Origin: Chiloscyllium plagiosum
Lineage: Eukaryota
Direction: 5' to 3'
Length of the DNA stretch: 64,000 nt
NCBI RefSeq assembly: GCF_004010195.1
Contig: NC_057731.1
Coordinates: 29,369,374-29,433,373 of the forward strand
Position numbers and translations under genes: made by a program. Below, piece after piece: positions 13,635 to 27,229 of the stretch (position 1 is the first letter of the stretch; each line of letters starts with the position of its first letter). Below the pieces are notes generated by a model that searched no databases, had not been told where the DNA came from, and saw nothing but the letters and a program-made list of their open reading frames with translations.

Positions 13635-13899
13635 TGAAAGAATATTTATGTTTTGAGCAGGGGTGATTTCTTGGCAAGTGGTATTGGTATTACATCAAAG
13701 AAGCAACATCAGAGGATTGTTGCTGTAGGTGTAGCTGGGAGGATTTAAATCAATATGAAATCTCCATCATTCTAGCTGCCTAACTATGTACAGAATAATT
13801 GCATTTGTTGTATGATTTGCTCTTTAATCTCATTTTTAATAGGGCAAGTAGGGAAAGGTATTCCCTGACTGCAGGAACATATCAAACTGGAAAATAAAA

Positions 13900-14835
13900 C
13901 AACAAACTGTGGATGTTGGAGATTTAAAACAAAAACAGAAAGTGCTTGAGAAACTCAACAGGTCTGACAATATTTGAGAGAAGAAAACAGAGTTAACGTT
14001 TCAACTTTGCTGACTCTTCATCAGAACTGTTAGTAGCTATGATAAAACTGCTGATGCCAAATTGGGGGACCGGGTTAAAAGGGGAGAGGTAAGTGGTTAG
14101 GTGGAGATGGAGCCCAGAGAGAGAGAGAGAGATGTGAGAGGGGTACGTAAACAAGGAGATCATGAATAGCAGGCCAGAGCAGAAGAAATACTGAATAAGA
14201 TAATAAGAAATAAGTGTGAGATAATGGCTGCGTTAGAACATAGAACAAAGAACAATACTGCGCAAAACAAGCCCTTCAGCCCTCGATGTTGCGCCGACCT
14301 GTGAACTATTCTCAGCTGGTCCCCCTACACTATCCCAAAATTCTCCATTTGCTTATCGAAGGATCGTTTATCTAAGGGAATGGTTGAGGACAGAAGTGCG
14401 GGAAATGGCTCAGTGGGGAATCCTTGCCTGAGGAAGAAGATGGGTATTTCTAAGCTCCCCCCCCCCCGCCCCATGACCCTGTGTATGGTGGCACCATCTG
14501 AAATGATGCGATGGTGACGAATAAATTGGGAGAATATGATGGATTCCTAAACGAAGTAGGGTGTGAGAATGCGTGATCAAGGTAAGTGCGTGAGCCGGTG
14601 GGATTTGTAGTGGATGTTAGTGACCAGCCTATCCCGAGAAATGGAAACAGACATGAGGAGGAAGGGAAGTGAGGAGTCGGAGATGGACCAGGTGAAGGTG
14701 ACAAGATTGGAAATTGGAATTGAAATAGATAAACAAAATCAGAAATTGCTGGAAAAGCTCAGCAGGTCTGCAGCATGCGTAGAGGAAAAAAATCAGAGTT
14801 AATGTTTCAGGTCGAGTGACCCTTCCTCAGAATTT
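13900..14835 (-). mobile_element. Penelope-like element remnant: RT thumb fragment between two hammerhead-bearing termini
   Basis: 14450-14700 minus reads (with frameshifts) FTWSISDSSLPFL..SVSIS..DRLVTNIHYKPTGSRTYLD..SHP. Terminal repeats at 13900-14027 and 14730-14833. A LINE tail is nested at ~14235-14370. Confidence 0.65.
14798..14833 (-). ncRNA. Minimal hammerhead ribozyme motif, partly decayed
   Basis: Minus strand reads att-CTGAGGA-AGGGTC-actc-GACCT-GAAA-CATT-aac. The stem III palindrome ACGT is mutated to ACAT. Confidence 0.5.
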
Positions 14836-15390
14836 GACTGTTGCTGTGTTAGAAATCACACAATGACTACTTAGTAGCAAACATAGGGAGCATGGTCTAT
14901 GTATAACCCTGAGCATTACAAAGCTCTGTCATGAGCTGGGGCATATCAGGAAGAACCACCCCACTCAGAAGGCTGCCCAGCCCACACTGGCAACCGTGGG
15001 TAGTACTTCCGCATCTGCTCTCCCTCCCCTAAGACCAAATCAAAAACCCTGTCAGCGCGGTCTAAGCTGGAGGCTATTAGTGCCACAGCCTCTGGTGGGG
15101 AAGGGAGCGGGTGAGAATCTGGCCAGACAGAAGGTGTGGGGAAAGACGAACCATCTTGAGCTCATCTCTGTGGATATGTCCCCATGCCCCTCCATCCAAC
15201 TTTGGAAATGGACCCTCAAAAAAAAAGGAACCAGGAGATTAGAATCTCCTCAGTTGCGAATTGACTCCAAGCTGGGTGGCCGCAGTCAATGTACTGTGCA
15301 CTAGTGAATCAAGGGTGACTTGGTGACAGGATACTCACTTCAGTGCAGATATTTCACAAAGCATCAAGCTGGAATTTCTCTGCACAATTT

Positions 15391-15707
15391 TAGGTTAGAT
15401 TTCCTACAGTGTGGAAACAGGCCCTTCTGCCCAACTAGTCCACATCGACCCTCCGAAGAGTTACCCACTCAGACCCATTTCCCTCTGACTAATGTACCTA
15501 ACAGTATGGACAATTTAGCATAGCCAATTCACCTGACCTGCACATCTTTGGACTGTGGGAGGAAACCGGAGCACCTGGAGGAAACCCACGCAGACAGGGG
15601 GAGAATGTGCAAACTCCACACAGACAGTCGCCTAAGGCTGGAATCGAACCTGGCACTCATGGTGCTGTGAGGCAGCAGTGCTAACCACTGAATCACTATA
15701 CAGCCCC
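15391..15707 (-). mobile_element. HE1 SINE
   Basis: Reverse complement of the 10531 copy, including head, V domain and tail. Confidence 0.88.
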
Positions 15708-16170
15708 AGAAGCAGAATTTTAGCAGAAGGAAGAGCCCAATAAACCCAAAACGATAGGGCAAATGTGATTTTGGAGTTTTCATAAAGCAGTATTGCACAC
15801 GAAGAGAAGGATGCGATGTTGAATCTGCATAATCTGCCACAGTTAGAATGCTATCTGGGATTCTGAGCCCTATGTTATTGAAAGGTCTTTTGGAATCATT
15901 ACAAGAACCACTGCAGTGAGGGTCTTAATTATATTTTTAAAAATTAAAATGGCCTTCTAACTTTAATCTAGTAATAATTTTCCTAAAGATTTGGAGAAGT
16001 TAACTAACAAAAGACAGTTACCCTGATTGATGACTGCTCAGTAACAAGTGGGCATATGTTCCAAATTTTCACCAGGAGAATGAAAAGGAAATTAAAGGGT
16101 TACACGTAGTTAGTAGAATATGTGATGTTATATCTAGGCTAGTCTTGAACAGGAAGTCCAATAAATACAG

Positions 16171-16373
16171 AGTTAAAAATCACACATCACCAGGTTATAG
16201 TCCAACAGGTTAAATTGGAAGCACACTAGCTTTCAGGGCGACGCTCCTTCTTCAGGAGGAAGGAGCGTCGCTCCGAAAGCTAGTGTGCTTCCAATTAAAC
16301 CTGTTGGACTATAACCTGGTGTTGTGTGATTTTTAACTTTGTACACCCCAGTCCAACATCGGCATCTCCAAAT
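16171..16373. mobile_element. Fold-back Penelope-terminus mini-insertion
   Basis: About 80 bp inverted arms (16171-16250 and ~16258-16338). 12-bp TSD CAATAAATACAG at 16159-70 and 16374-85. Confidence 0.85.
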
Positions 16374-16635
16374 CAATAAATACAGGTACTTAATAAAGAA
16401 GGATATAAAATGGGTGGAAAGTAGAAGAAAATATCAATTAAAGTAGATGGTTCCACTTGACCAGTCAACCAGTATGATAGACCAAGTTGTTGTTCTTCTG
16501 CTATTGAATTTTACCAACTTTGAACATTTTTCTGTTGTTTAAATCAAGAGCCTGAATGATATTCCTGGCGGCACAGCATTGAAATTTGAGAGTCAGCCAA
16601 TCAAAAGGTTGCTTCTATGTTGAGTGTCCAATTCA

Positions 16636-16958
16636 GGGTGGCATGGTGGCTCAGTGGTTAGCACTCAGTGGTTAGCACTGCTGCCTCATAACACCAGGGT
16701 CCCAGTTCAATTCCAGCCTCGGGTGACTGTCTGCGTGGAGTTTGCACATGCTCCCTGTGCCTGCGTGCGTTTCCTTCGGTTTCCTCCCACAGTCACAAAG
16801 ATGTGCAGGTCAGGTGAATTGGCCATGCTAAATTGCCCATAGTGTTAGGTGCATTAGTCAGAGGGAAATGGGTCTGGGTGGGTTACTCTTCGGAGGGTTG
16901 GTGTGGACTGGTTGGGCCGAAGGGCCTGTTCCCACGCTGTAGGGAATCTAATCTAATC
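16636..16958 (+). mobile_element. HE1 SINE with a short duplication in the head
   Basis: ctcagtggttagca is repeated twice, followed by V domain and (TAATC)n tail. Confidence 0.88.
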
Positions 16959-18892
16959 GAATTACAGACAGCAGATGGGTTGCGAGCATGCGAAACACAA
17001 CTAGTGGGTTCAAATTCCAGGTGTTCTCTGAAGCCTTCTGAGATTTAAAAATCAAAGAATGGCCAGCAGTGTAGAAGGGATTCATCAATAATTTACCTCC
17101 AGTTGAACTCTTATTTGGCCTATCAACCCACCAACTACATTAGCTCAGCTGGAAATGGGAACATGACAGGGAATTGACCCAACGTACTATTTTCAGATTT
17201 TTCTCCCAGTCCTGTCTCTATGCTGCCTGTGCAGGGCTGATATGATTCCACCCATTATTTCTGTGTTTTAGGAAATTATGCAAAATCGTGTGTTCAGTGT
17301 TGATAATATTAAAGGTCACAAGTTCTGTCTGAGGAAGGGTTTCGTAATTATCTAACTGTATCGCCTGCTAAAGCAAATGATAGAGCATTCATTGTTTGAA
17401 ATTAAAAGAATTGTTGTATTGACAAAAAGTAAACAAAAACTTATTTAAAAATGTCAATCGGTGCAATCAATTTAGTTTTTTTTTCCATGCACCACTAACT
17501 TCCTGAAAAATAATGCTGGAAATTCTCTTGTATTAAATTTAAAAAATGTCCATTTGAAGTGAGTCTCATTAATCACTTGTTAGTTTGGTCCTCACTGCAG
17601 ACTACCTTTTTAAGAGAAATGTTTCAACCATTGTTGAGACCTTAAATGGTATATCAAACCACTTCTGTTGACCAGATTCTGTTTGAGAATCAAATAATTT
17701 ATGTGTACACTGGCTGCAGACATGACACTAATGTTAAGGTAAAAAATGATCTACACTAACCTTGGCAGCTCTCATTATTTCTCACTTGAATAAAACAAAA
17801 AGTAGTTTAAAATTGATGAGATATTGTGCTAAAGTGACAATGGGAACAGCCATAGCAATATTTATTTTAAGCAATGAAATTCAACTTAGGTGGGATTGCA
17901 GAGTAGAGAATGATGAATCTGTCACCTATTATACCTAGCACTTTCTTTATCTAGTTTATATTAATAAGGACTTGAATATTAACTATTATTTTATATCTTT
18001 TTCTACTTATTCTATGAAGGTCTGTAATGCTTAACTTTTTAAACTTTGCTTCTCTCTTTTCCTACATGTACCGACATTTTTTTGTACCTAGATACCTTGT
18101 ACCTAAGAGGGCGCTATGCATGGTTACATTATGCATATTTCAGTGTTCTGCTGTACTTCTGTACTTGAGTACACGTGGCAATAAAATCTAAATCTAACCT
18201 GATTTTCCAAAATCAAACAGGGTGCTTATCGTGTAGTTAATATGTAAGTGTAAATTTTGACACAAGTGCAATTGGATTCATAACCCATTCTACATTTCCT
18301 TTGTATATCCTTTTTGTTATCTATCAGTAGTGTTCACTTTACACCATGCCTTGAACTAAAATTAGGCCAAAGGCCTAATAATACTCTCAGTAATGGATTA
18401 GCCTTTTGTTAGATATTTATTCGATGCAAGTCAAAAGTTCAGTGTCCAATGAGCATTGTACTCAGGAAACAAATATCAGAAAATTGACCATCAGTATCTC
18501 ACGATATTGGCATATAAACAAAATGGTTGGGAAAGCATTGCACAGTTCATGAGTATGCGAGGCCAGCAGGTTTGTGCTGGAAATGCTGAAGTGAAAATTC
18601 TTTTCCAAATGTTATTAAAAAAAGAATGTCCCTCCTTATATCTCATACCCAGATGTTGAGCAACTGCTCACTATTTCAGAGAAATGAATCCTACGTATTA
18701 AGATACAATCCAAGCAGCCATCTCAAAATCTCACTTCCTTTCTTCTCTTGCTTTCCCTCTTTTGGCACTAAATTTCCTTGCTCCCTTCTATCCCTTTGTT
18801 GAAGATACTTTTGTGTCATATAGTACTGAGAAAGAGTGAAACATCGCCTGTTCCAGATCTCCATTGCTCTATAGCAATGGTATAGTAATGAC

Positions 18893-19180
18893 AGCCTTAG
18901 GCGACTATCTGTGTGGAGTTTGCACATTCTCCCTGTGTCTGTGTGGGTTTCCTCCAGATGGTTCGGCTTCCTCCTACAGTTCAAAGATACTCAGGTTAGG
19001 TGGATTGGCCGTGCTAAATGGCCCGCAGTCTCCAGGCTAGGTGGATTGGCCATGGGAAATGAGGGGTTATGGGGAAGGGGTAGGGGGCTGGGTCCAGGTG
19101 GGATGCTCGTCAGTGGGTCGATGTGGACTCAATAGACTGAATGGCCTCCTTCTACAATGTAGGGGTTCTATAATTCTATA
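18893..19180 (+). mobile_element. HE1-related SINE, 5' truncated
   Basis: V domain present with a variant 3' part. Confidence 0.75.
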
Positions 19181-19202
19181 TCCATCAGCAGTTTGATATT
19201 TT

Positions 19203-19408
19203 TAGATTAGATTAGATTACTTACAGTATGGAAACAGGCCCTTCAGCCCAACAAGTCCACACTGACCCGCCGAAGCGCAACCCACCCATACCCCTACATT
19301 TTACCCCTTCTTACCTAACACTACGGGCAATTTAGCATGGCCAATTCACCTGATCTGCACATCTTTTGGACTGTGGGAGGAAACCGGAGCACCCGGAGGA
19401 AACCCACA
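19203..19408 (-). mobile_element. HE1 SINE 3' half
   Basis: (TTAGA)n tail and V-domain fragment on the minus strand. Confidence 0.85.
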
Positions 19409-20449
19409 TTACTTATAATGTAAATAGTATTTACCTAATTCAGTAATTTATTTATTAAAATTAATGATCATATATTGATATTGATAACAATAAATACTTA
19501 GGATATATATGTATTCTTGTAAGTAACGTAATAAAAAAAATCATTGAGGGCTTATGGGTGTTGCGGGCTAGGACACCATTTATTACCCCACTCTAGTTTC
19601 CCTTAAATACACATTATATAGTAAGGCAAACTCATATTAATGTACAACATAATATTTTTTACACAGCTATTCATTTTTCCTCTGTTAGCTACGTAGAGTT
19701 AATTTGGACCGATTAAGGTTATCCTTAATTAAGAATCTTGGCTGTTAGAAATATTCTGCTTTGAAGCAACAATGCTCAATAATTTCACTACAAAAGCTGG
19801 GAAGTTTACTTATAGTTTAAAGTTGCCCTGCAGTGATCAGTGAAATGTACATCAGGATGCAATGCAACTTGAAAGCTATGCAAAGAATTTATTGAATAGA
19901 AATAAAACACCCAACATTTTAAAGTTCTTTTTTCCTGAAACAGTGCACTAAGTACTTTTTCATGCATAATCACTTCAAATAATGTTAACTTTGTGTGGAT
20001 ACCGTAAAACAAACTTTCCAAAAATGTTACGTATATTGGGTGTGCCATCTTCTTTGAGGTAACATAAAAATTATGATGCTGCAACTGCAGGTATACAACA
20101 TTTTTTTTACATGTCAAACACTTTAATGTCAATTGAGACTATAAAAATTGAGCAGAACTCAATCTTGTTTTCAAGTTATTTTGAACAGATTATAATAAAT
20201 GACAAATCCATCAGACAGCTTGCCTTGGGCTTAGACTGCAAAATTCTGTTTGGTTAATAGTCTATCATAGCACATGATGAAGTCATGCATAACTATGTGA
20301 AAAAAAAACTCCATGTTTTACCTTAATTATCTTGGACAGTAAGAACTAATGGTCTTGGTGTTGCTGTATTTAAGGTAGATTCTGACATTCACCCATCATG
20401 AGGTCATTCTGCTGATCCTGTTGTAAATCACAATTTATTCATTTTTATG

Positions 20450-21360
20450 TCTTTGTAAGATGTGCGCTTCGCTGACTCGGCCATCATTTATTGCCATCCC
20501 TAAATGCATGTAAGACAGTGATGGTGGTGGTGAGCTGTCGTCTTAAACCACTGCAGTTTTTGGGACATAGATATGTTGTCACAAAATGGAGACACTCACA
20601 ATGCTCTTTAGGAAGGGAGTTTCAGGATTTTTCCCGGGGCAGTGAAGGTTTGGCAATACATTCTAAGTCAGGACGGGAATGACTTGGAGGGGAATTTGCA
20701 TGTGGTGCTGTTCCCATATACCTGCTGCCCTTGTTCTTCAAATGGTAAAGGTCACATATTATCAAAGTTGGAAGAAAAATGTTGGTGAATTATTGCAGTC
20801 CATCTTACAGATGGTACATACTGCTGCCACAGCATTATTATGAGGGAAGCGAATGTTGAATGTTCTGGTGAGATGCTGATCAAAGGACTCCTTTGCTGTG
20901 CGTGATGTTGACTTTTTGAGGGAGGTTGGAGGTTCACCTCTTCAGGTAAAAGGAAAGTATTTCATTACATGACTAACTTGTGCCTCCGAGATGGTGGACA
21001 GGCTGTGAGGAGACAGGAGATGATTTACTTAATGCGGAATCTGGAGTCTTTGGCCTACTTTTGTTCTATGGTATTTTTATAGATAGACCAGTTTCATTTC
21101 TGGTCAATGCTAACACCAAGATTGTTAATAATTGGGGATATAGAGATAGTAAGGCCTTGGAGTGTTAAGGGGAGATGGTTAGGTTTTCTCTTAGAGCTGG
21201 TCAATTCCTGTCTCTTGTGTGGTGAGGATTACACGTATATGACACTTACTTACCCCATGCCTGGATGTTATCCAGGTGTTTCTGCATTTAGACATGGACT
21301 TCTTCAGCTTTTAAGGAGTCAGGAATGGTGTGCGAGCATTCAGCAAATATTACGACTTCT
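20450..21360 (-). mobile_element. Old LINE (CR1/L2 group) 3' remnant
   Basis: Collinear similarity to 4500-5350 and 38480-38570. Heavily decayed. Confidence 0.55.
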
Positions 21361-21454
21361 GACTTTTGAAAAGCCAATTCACAATCTGAGTTCGTGCAAT
21401 TGTAGAGACATCACCAGGGAATGGAAGGGGATGCCCCCAGTTCTAAAGAACAGT

Positions 21455-22845
21455 AATAGAAATGCACAACATGAAAACAGAGTCCTAAGTCCAACTTGTC
21501 CATGCCAACCAGACATCCCAACCCAATCGAATCCCATTTGCCAGCACTTAGCCATATCCCTTTACACCCTTACTATTCATATACCCATCCAGATGCCTTT
21601 TAAATGCTGTAATTGTACCAGCCACCACTACTTCCTCTGCTCATTCCATACACACTCCACCCTCTGCATGAAAAAGTTGCCCCTTAGGTCCATTCTATAT
21701 CTTTTCCTTCTCAGCCTGAACCTCCACCCTCTAGTTCTGGACTCCCTCACCCCAGGGTTAAGGTCTTGTCTATCCATGCCCCTAATGATTATAAAAACCT
21801 CTATAAGGTCACCCCACAGCCTCCGACACTCCAGGGAAAACAGCCCCAGTCTATTCAGCTTCTCCCTATATCACAAATCCTCCAACTCTGGCAACATCCT
21901 AAAAATCTTTTCTGAACCCTTTCAAGTTTCACAATATCCTTCCAATAGGAAGGAGACCAGAATTGCACGCAATATTCCAGAAGTGGTTTAACCAATGTCC
22001 AGTAAAATCACAACATGACCTCCCAAGTCCTATACTCAATGCTCTAACCAAAAAAGGAAAGCATACTAAATGCCTTCTTCACTATCCTATCTACCTGCGA
22101 CTCTACTGTCAAGAAACAATGAACCTGTACTCCAAGGTCTCTTTGTTCAGCAACATTCCCTAGTACCTTGTATTAAGTGTATAAGTCCTGCTCTGATTTG
22201 CTTTTCCAAAATGCAGCACCTCTCATTTATCCACGTTAAACTCCATCTGCCACTCCTCAGCCCATTGGCCCATCTGATCAAGATCCTGTTGTAATCTGAG
22301 GTAACCTTCTTCACTGTCCACTACACCTCCAGTTATGATGTCATTTACAAACTTAGCAACTATACCTCTTTTGTTCACATCCAAATCATTTATATAAATG
22401 ACAAACAGTAGAGGACCCAGCATCAATCCTTGTGGCACACCACTGGTCACAGGCCTCCAGTCTGAAAAGCAACCCTCCACTACCACCGTCTGTCTTCTAC
22501 CTTTGAGCCAGTTCTGTATCCAAATGGCTAGTTCTCCTTGTATTCCATGAGATCTAACCTTGCTAACCAGTCTCCCATGAGGAACCTTGTGGAAAGCCTT
22601 AGTGAAGCCCATATAGATCACATCCACCGCTCTACCCTCATCAATCCTCTTTGTTACTTCTTCAAAAAACTCAATCAAGTTTGTGAGACATGATTTCCCA
22701 GGCACAAAGCCATGTTGACTAACTCTAATCAGTCCTTGCCTTTCCAAATACATGTAAATCCTGTCCCTCAGGATTCCTTCCAACAGATTGCCCACCATCA
22801 ATGATAGGCTCACTGGTCTATAGTTCCCTGGCTTTTCCTTACCCC
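21455..22845 (-). mobile_element. CR1-clade LINE (HER1-like), 5' truncated, RT region
   Basis: ORF 22223-22960 contains PGNYRPVSL, QHGFVPGKSCLTNLIEFFEEVT, VTSGVPQGLMLGPLLFVIYINDLD and a degenerate KFVND. The 3' UTR matches 37705-37925. Confidence 0.92.
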
Positions 22846-24829
22846 GTTCACTCGGTTTCTGTCTCCACAGATGCTGCCAGACATTGAGTTTTCTAGCATG
22901 TCCTGTTTTTATTATCACCCTGGTTTTTACCTGATCTACTCTGCACATTTCAACGCTCACACTTGTGGATTATAAAATCCTATGTTTAATGGAGGCACCT
23001 GTTGATTTAATAGCCAGCTATCTCCAAGCAGAAATCCCACCCCAGCCCCATTACCACCCTCATAAAAATCGGGTATGTCATGTTTGGAGGTGGGACTTGC
23101 TACTTCTGCGCCTTTCTGCCATTTTTGATATATCGTCATGAAAATTCAGGCCTGAAAATCACTTCTTTCAATCACAGAGCTCTCTTGAACTGCAAAAGGC
23201 AGTCTCAGGGCCTGATCAGTGCAGCCAAAGTGAACGTCCTACTCTGATACGCTGCGACTCCTTTCTTAGTGTACCTTTTTCTCTATGCGCCCTTTTATTC
23301 ATTACCTTCACACTGACAGAGGTATTAAGAGATGAGAGTGGAATTAGTTAATTGGGATTAGAGATTTTACGAAGGTCAACCCCTGTTTCTGAACCACATG
23401 GATTTCAATCTGTGTGCCCTGCTCGTCAAATATAAACGTTGGACCATCAGATGGAAATGTGGTGAGGATAATCCTCTGTATCAATATGAAATAGACTGAT
23501 GCAAGAACAATGAATATCTACAGCCATCTCATGGACAGAGAGAACCCTGGAACAGTTGGGTATGGATGCCTTGACAAGTGGCCAAGGGTCATTGAGAGAT
23601 CACACAGAGGCAACAATGAAAATCAAATGCTTAACGTCTGCAGGATCTCACCGATGCCGTCCTCATTGTCCTCCTGCTGATCAGTGTGGTCATTCTGAAA
23701 CTAGAATCCAGAACAAAAGGTATCACAAATAAAATCTGTTTTCATAAAACTATTCTCCCTCCTGTGACTTTCCAGCCTGCTCAGTAAAATACCTGCACCC
23801 ACTGAGTGTAGGAACACAGCAGCAGCCTATTGTTCACTGGCAGTGCTAATGCATTCTGCTGAAGAGTCCTCCCAGGATACAGCAGCATAACAGTGAAGGG
23901 CTCCATTGGCACCAAGAAGTTCATGTTACAGTCAGCATCACTGATGTCCTTCACCTGACGGTAACAGCTTGGTTCACCAGCATATGGACAATACAGAGAT
24001 GCTTTGGCATTAGGCATCAGAGTGAAAGTGAAGGACCTGCTGAAAATAGTATAGCCATGAGACTCATTATTTTATTTTAATTGAGGTCATACTATACAGG
24101 AAAGAGCCTAAAGTATCTTTTTTTAATGGCCTACCATGAAAAATGTCTGTTCAACAGCTGCAGTCAAATCAGAAACACAGGTCCTCCAAGCAAATGTTTA
24201 AAAAAGGCTTATTATGGAGGCAGGAGTATCAGTAATACTGTCCAGATACTATATGAATTGTGTGGTCTACTACTGGCTTAAGCTCCCCAATTTCCCAAAA
24301 CTCACCCTCCCTCTGATGACCCATGTCACTGTCGACTCAACCTTGTCCATGTATCCAAACAGAACAAACTGCTTCTAGGCCCCAGTGCAATCTCTAAGTT
24401 GCAGTTAAACGAGGCCCAATTGTTAAATTGGGTCAAGCTCTTCCATTGTACTTCCCGGTCAGTCATCTCTCATGTTTCACAGCTGACTATTGACCATCTG
24501 TACCAGTTCAACCTGTATAACTGTCTCCCCTCCTCATTTGCTTGCCCAAAGTTATACAATTTTATCATTAAAATTCCATTTGGAAGGAAAATTGTTCAAA
24601 AAGATCAATTATGAATGTTCATGTAATTAAAAGGCAACTAATTATTGCAGAATAATTAAATGTGGTTAATGATCTTATTGCTATTATATCAACTGTTGCT
24701 GGCAGGAGATCCCTGATTTTATATGTCTAGCAGTTAAATGGCAAAATATAATTTAAGTTATTGTCTGTCATTATTATTTACACTCTGGAAGTTAATAGAA
24801 TTCCAGCAAATCAGCACTATCAGTTTTGA

Positions 24830-24991
<162 letters not shown>

Positions 24992-27057
24992 TAAGTAATC
25001 CCACCAGCCTTGAAACAAAATAAGTGTTTTGTAGCAAAACACCTTTACTTCTGCAGATATTGCTTTCACCTTTGTGCCAGCTCTCTGTAAGAGCAACCTA
25101 GTCCCTACCACCCTGCCTTTTCAACACAGACTCGCAATTCTTTCATCTCTTGGTAATTATTAAATTCCTTTTTGAGTTCCCATGATTGAAGCCTTCTTGA
25201 CTGCATTATCAGACAGTATATTCCAGGTCTGTGTATAAAAAGCTTTTCCTCATGCCTCCTTTGGTTCTTTTGCCAATCACCTTAAATCAAAATCCTCTGG
25301 TTCAAAACTCTTCAACTGATGGGACAGTTATGCCTTGTCTATTTTGTCTGGACTCCTCATGATTTTAAATACCTCCATCAGATTTCCTGTCTACTTTCTC
25401 TTCACTTTTTTTTTGTCGTAAGTGTGTATGAGTGAGAGTTCTATTACAATGTTAAATTTTGTTTGTTTTTCCAGAGCAGACATTGTGTATTATAGGTTCT
25501 TTTCAATAAAACTGATTTGTACTATCTGTCTTGATATTGAAAATCAGTTCCACGTTTCTTCTTTATCAAGCCCAAGACACATTATTAATCATTTTCCTAA
25601 CCTGTCCTGCCAATTTCAACAATTTGTGCAGATACACCTCAGGTCCCTTTGCCCCAAACGACTTAAGAATAGTACCCTTTCTACCGATACGTATCAATTC
25701 ATATTTCTCTGCATTAAATCACACCATCAACATATCGGCCTGTGCACCTACCTGTCTGTATCCTGCTGAAATCTATTATTATCCTGCACACAATTCACAA
25801 TTATTCTAGGTTTTGTGTCATCTGCAGTATGTGATAGATGCATATTTGGTTATCACATTTGAGAAAGAAGTCAGTATTAGAATTATGGTTACATTTCACT
25901 TCAGTTGAAATTTTTTTGCTAATTTTTGTATTTGCTATAATGGAAAATACTGCAAAGCAAAGGAAGTCAGATCTGTATTTTTGTCAGTTCCTCACAGTTG
26001 CATTCCCTTCATGTCAGTCACAAATCCAACAAACAGCTCCTGACTTTAATAGCCCCACACTTAATATTTTGTCATCCGTTCACCTACTTGGCCTCATTGT
26101 CTGCTCTGATCTCAAACAAAATCTGTACACCTTACCCATTGTTCATGTTACCTCCAATAAGCTCAGTTTCTTCTTTTGTACCACATATATTTTCCCTCAG
26201 TAATTCTTAACCATGTACAAACCTTAATCAGTCACAGATCTGAAAACTGCTCTTACATTTGAGTGACTCTTTATCATTTCTCTCAACATATCATTCCAGA
26301 AGTGACAGATAATCACTCTTCAGCTGCAAGTCTTTTGTCTACTTTACAGCTTAACCATCTCTCTACACTTCATTCATACCACCATGCTTAATGCTATTAT
26401 GAATTGTTTTCACTTGTAGTTAAGCTGGAATTGCAGTCCTTCATCCACACTGATTCAGAATTTTAAAACCTTTGCTTTAGTATAATTTACTTGCCTACTT
26501 TCCACAGATTCACAGAATTTTCATAGTGCAGAAAGAGGCTGTTCAGTCCATTATAACTGTACCCATTCTTCAAATGAGCATCATTACCTATTTTTTCCGT
26601 GTAGCATTGCATGCTATTTCTATCCAAATATTTATCAGCCCTCTTGAATGCCTCAACTGAACCTGCCTGCACTATACCCTAACTACTCGCTGAGTGAAAA
26701 GTTTTCTTGACTTCTTCCTTTTGAACATCATTTTAAATCTCTCTTTCATACTCATTCCTTTTACAAATGGAAATTAGCTTCTCCCTATCTATTTTATCCA
26801 GCTCACTCATGATTTTGGAAACATCTATTAAATCTCCTTCAGCTTTCTTCTGTCCAAGGAGAACAGTTCCTATTTTTTCAAACTACCCTCAGAAATGGAA
26901 GTTTCCCGATTCATATGCATAATATTTTCTTATGTTTCTTTCAGTTTTTCAAACATGTTTTTCCTTAATAATCTTCTTTCTATTCAATAATTTAAACCTT
27001 TTACATTTTTTTTAATCCTATCAGTCTCCTCTACCCAGAGATGAATCTTTTTACAAT

Positions 27058-27229
27058 AGTCCAAAAATGTGCAGGTTAGGTGAATTGGCCATGCTAAATT
27101 GTCCATAGTGTTAGGTGAAGGGGTAAATGTAGGGGAATGGGTCTGGGTGGGTTGCTGTTTGGAGGGTCGGTGTGGACTTGTTGGGCTGAAGGGCCTGTTT
27201 CCACACTGTAAGTAATCTAATCTAATCTA
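27058..27229 (+). mobile_element. HE1 SINE 3' half
   Basis: Tail with (TAATC)n abutting the Gypsy fragment. Confidence 0.85.

Noticed and set aside
21107-21991. 294-aa + strand ORF, the longest in the track
   Set aside because: It is the antisense reading of a CR1 3' region joined to older LINE sequence, with no protein motif.
23540-24020. Possible Harbinger transposase remnant on the minus strand
   Set aside because: Motif similarity is too weak to support by eye.
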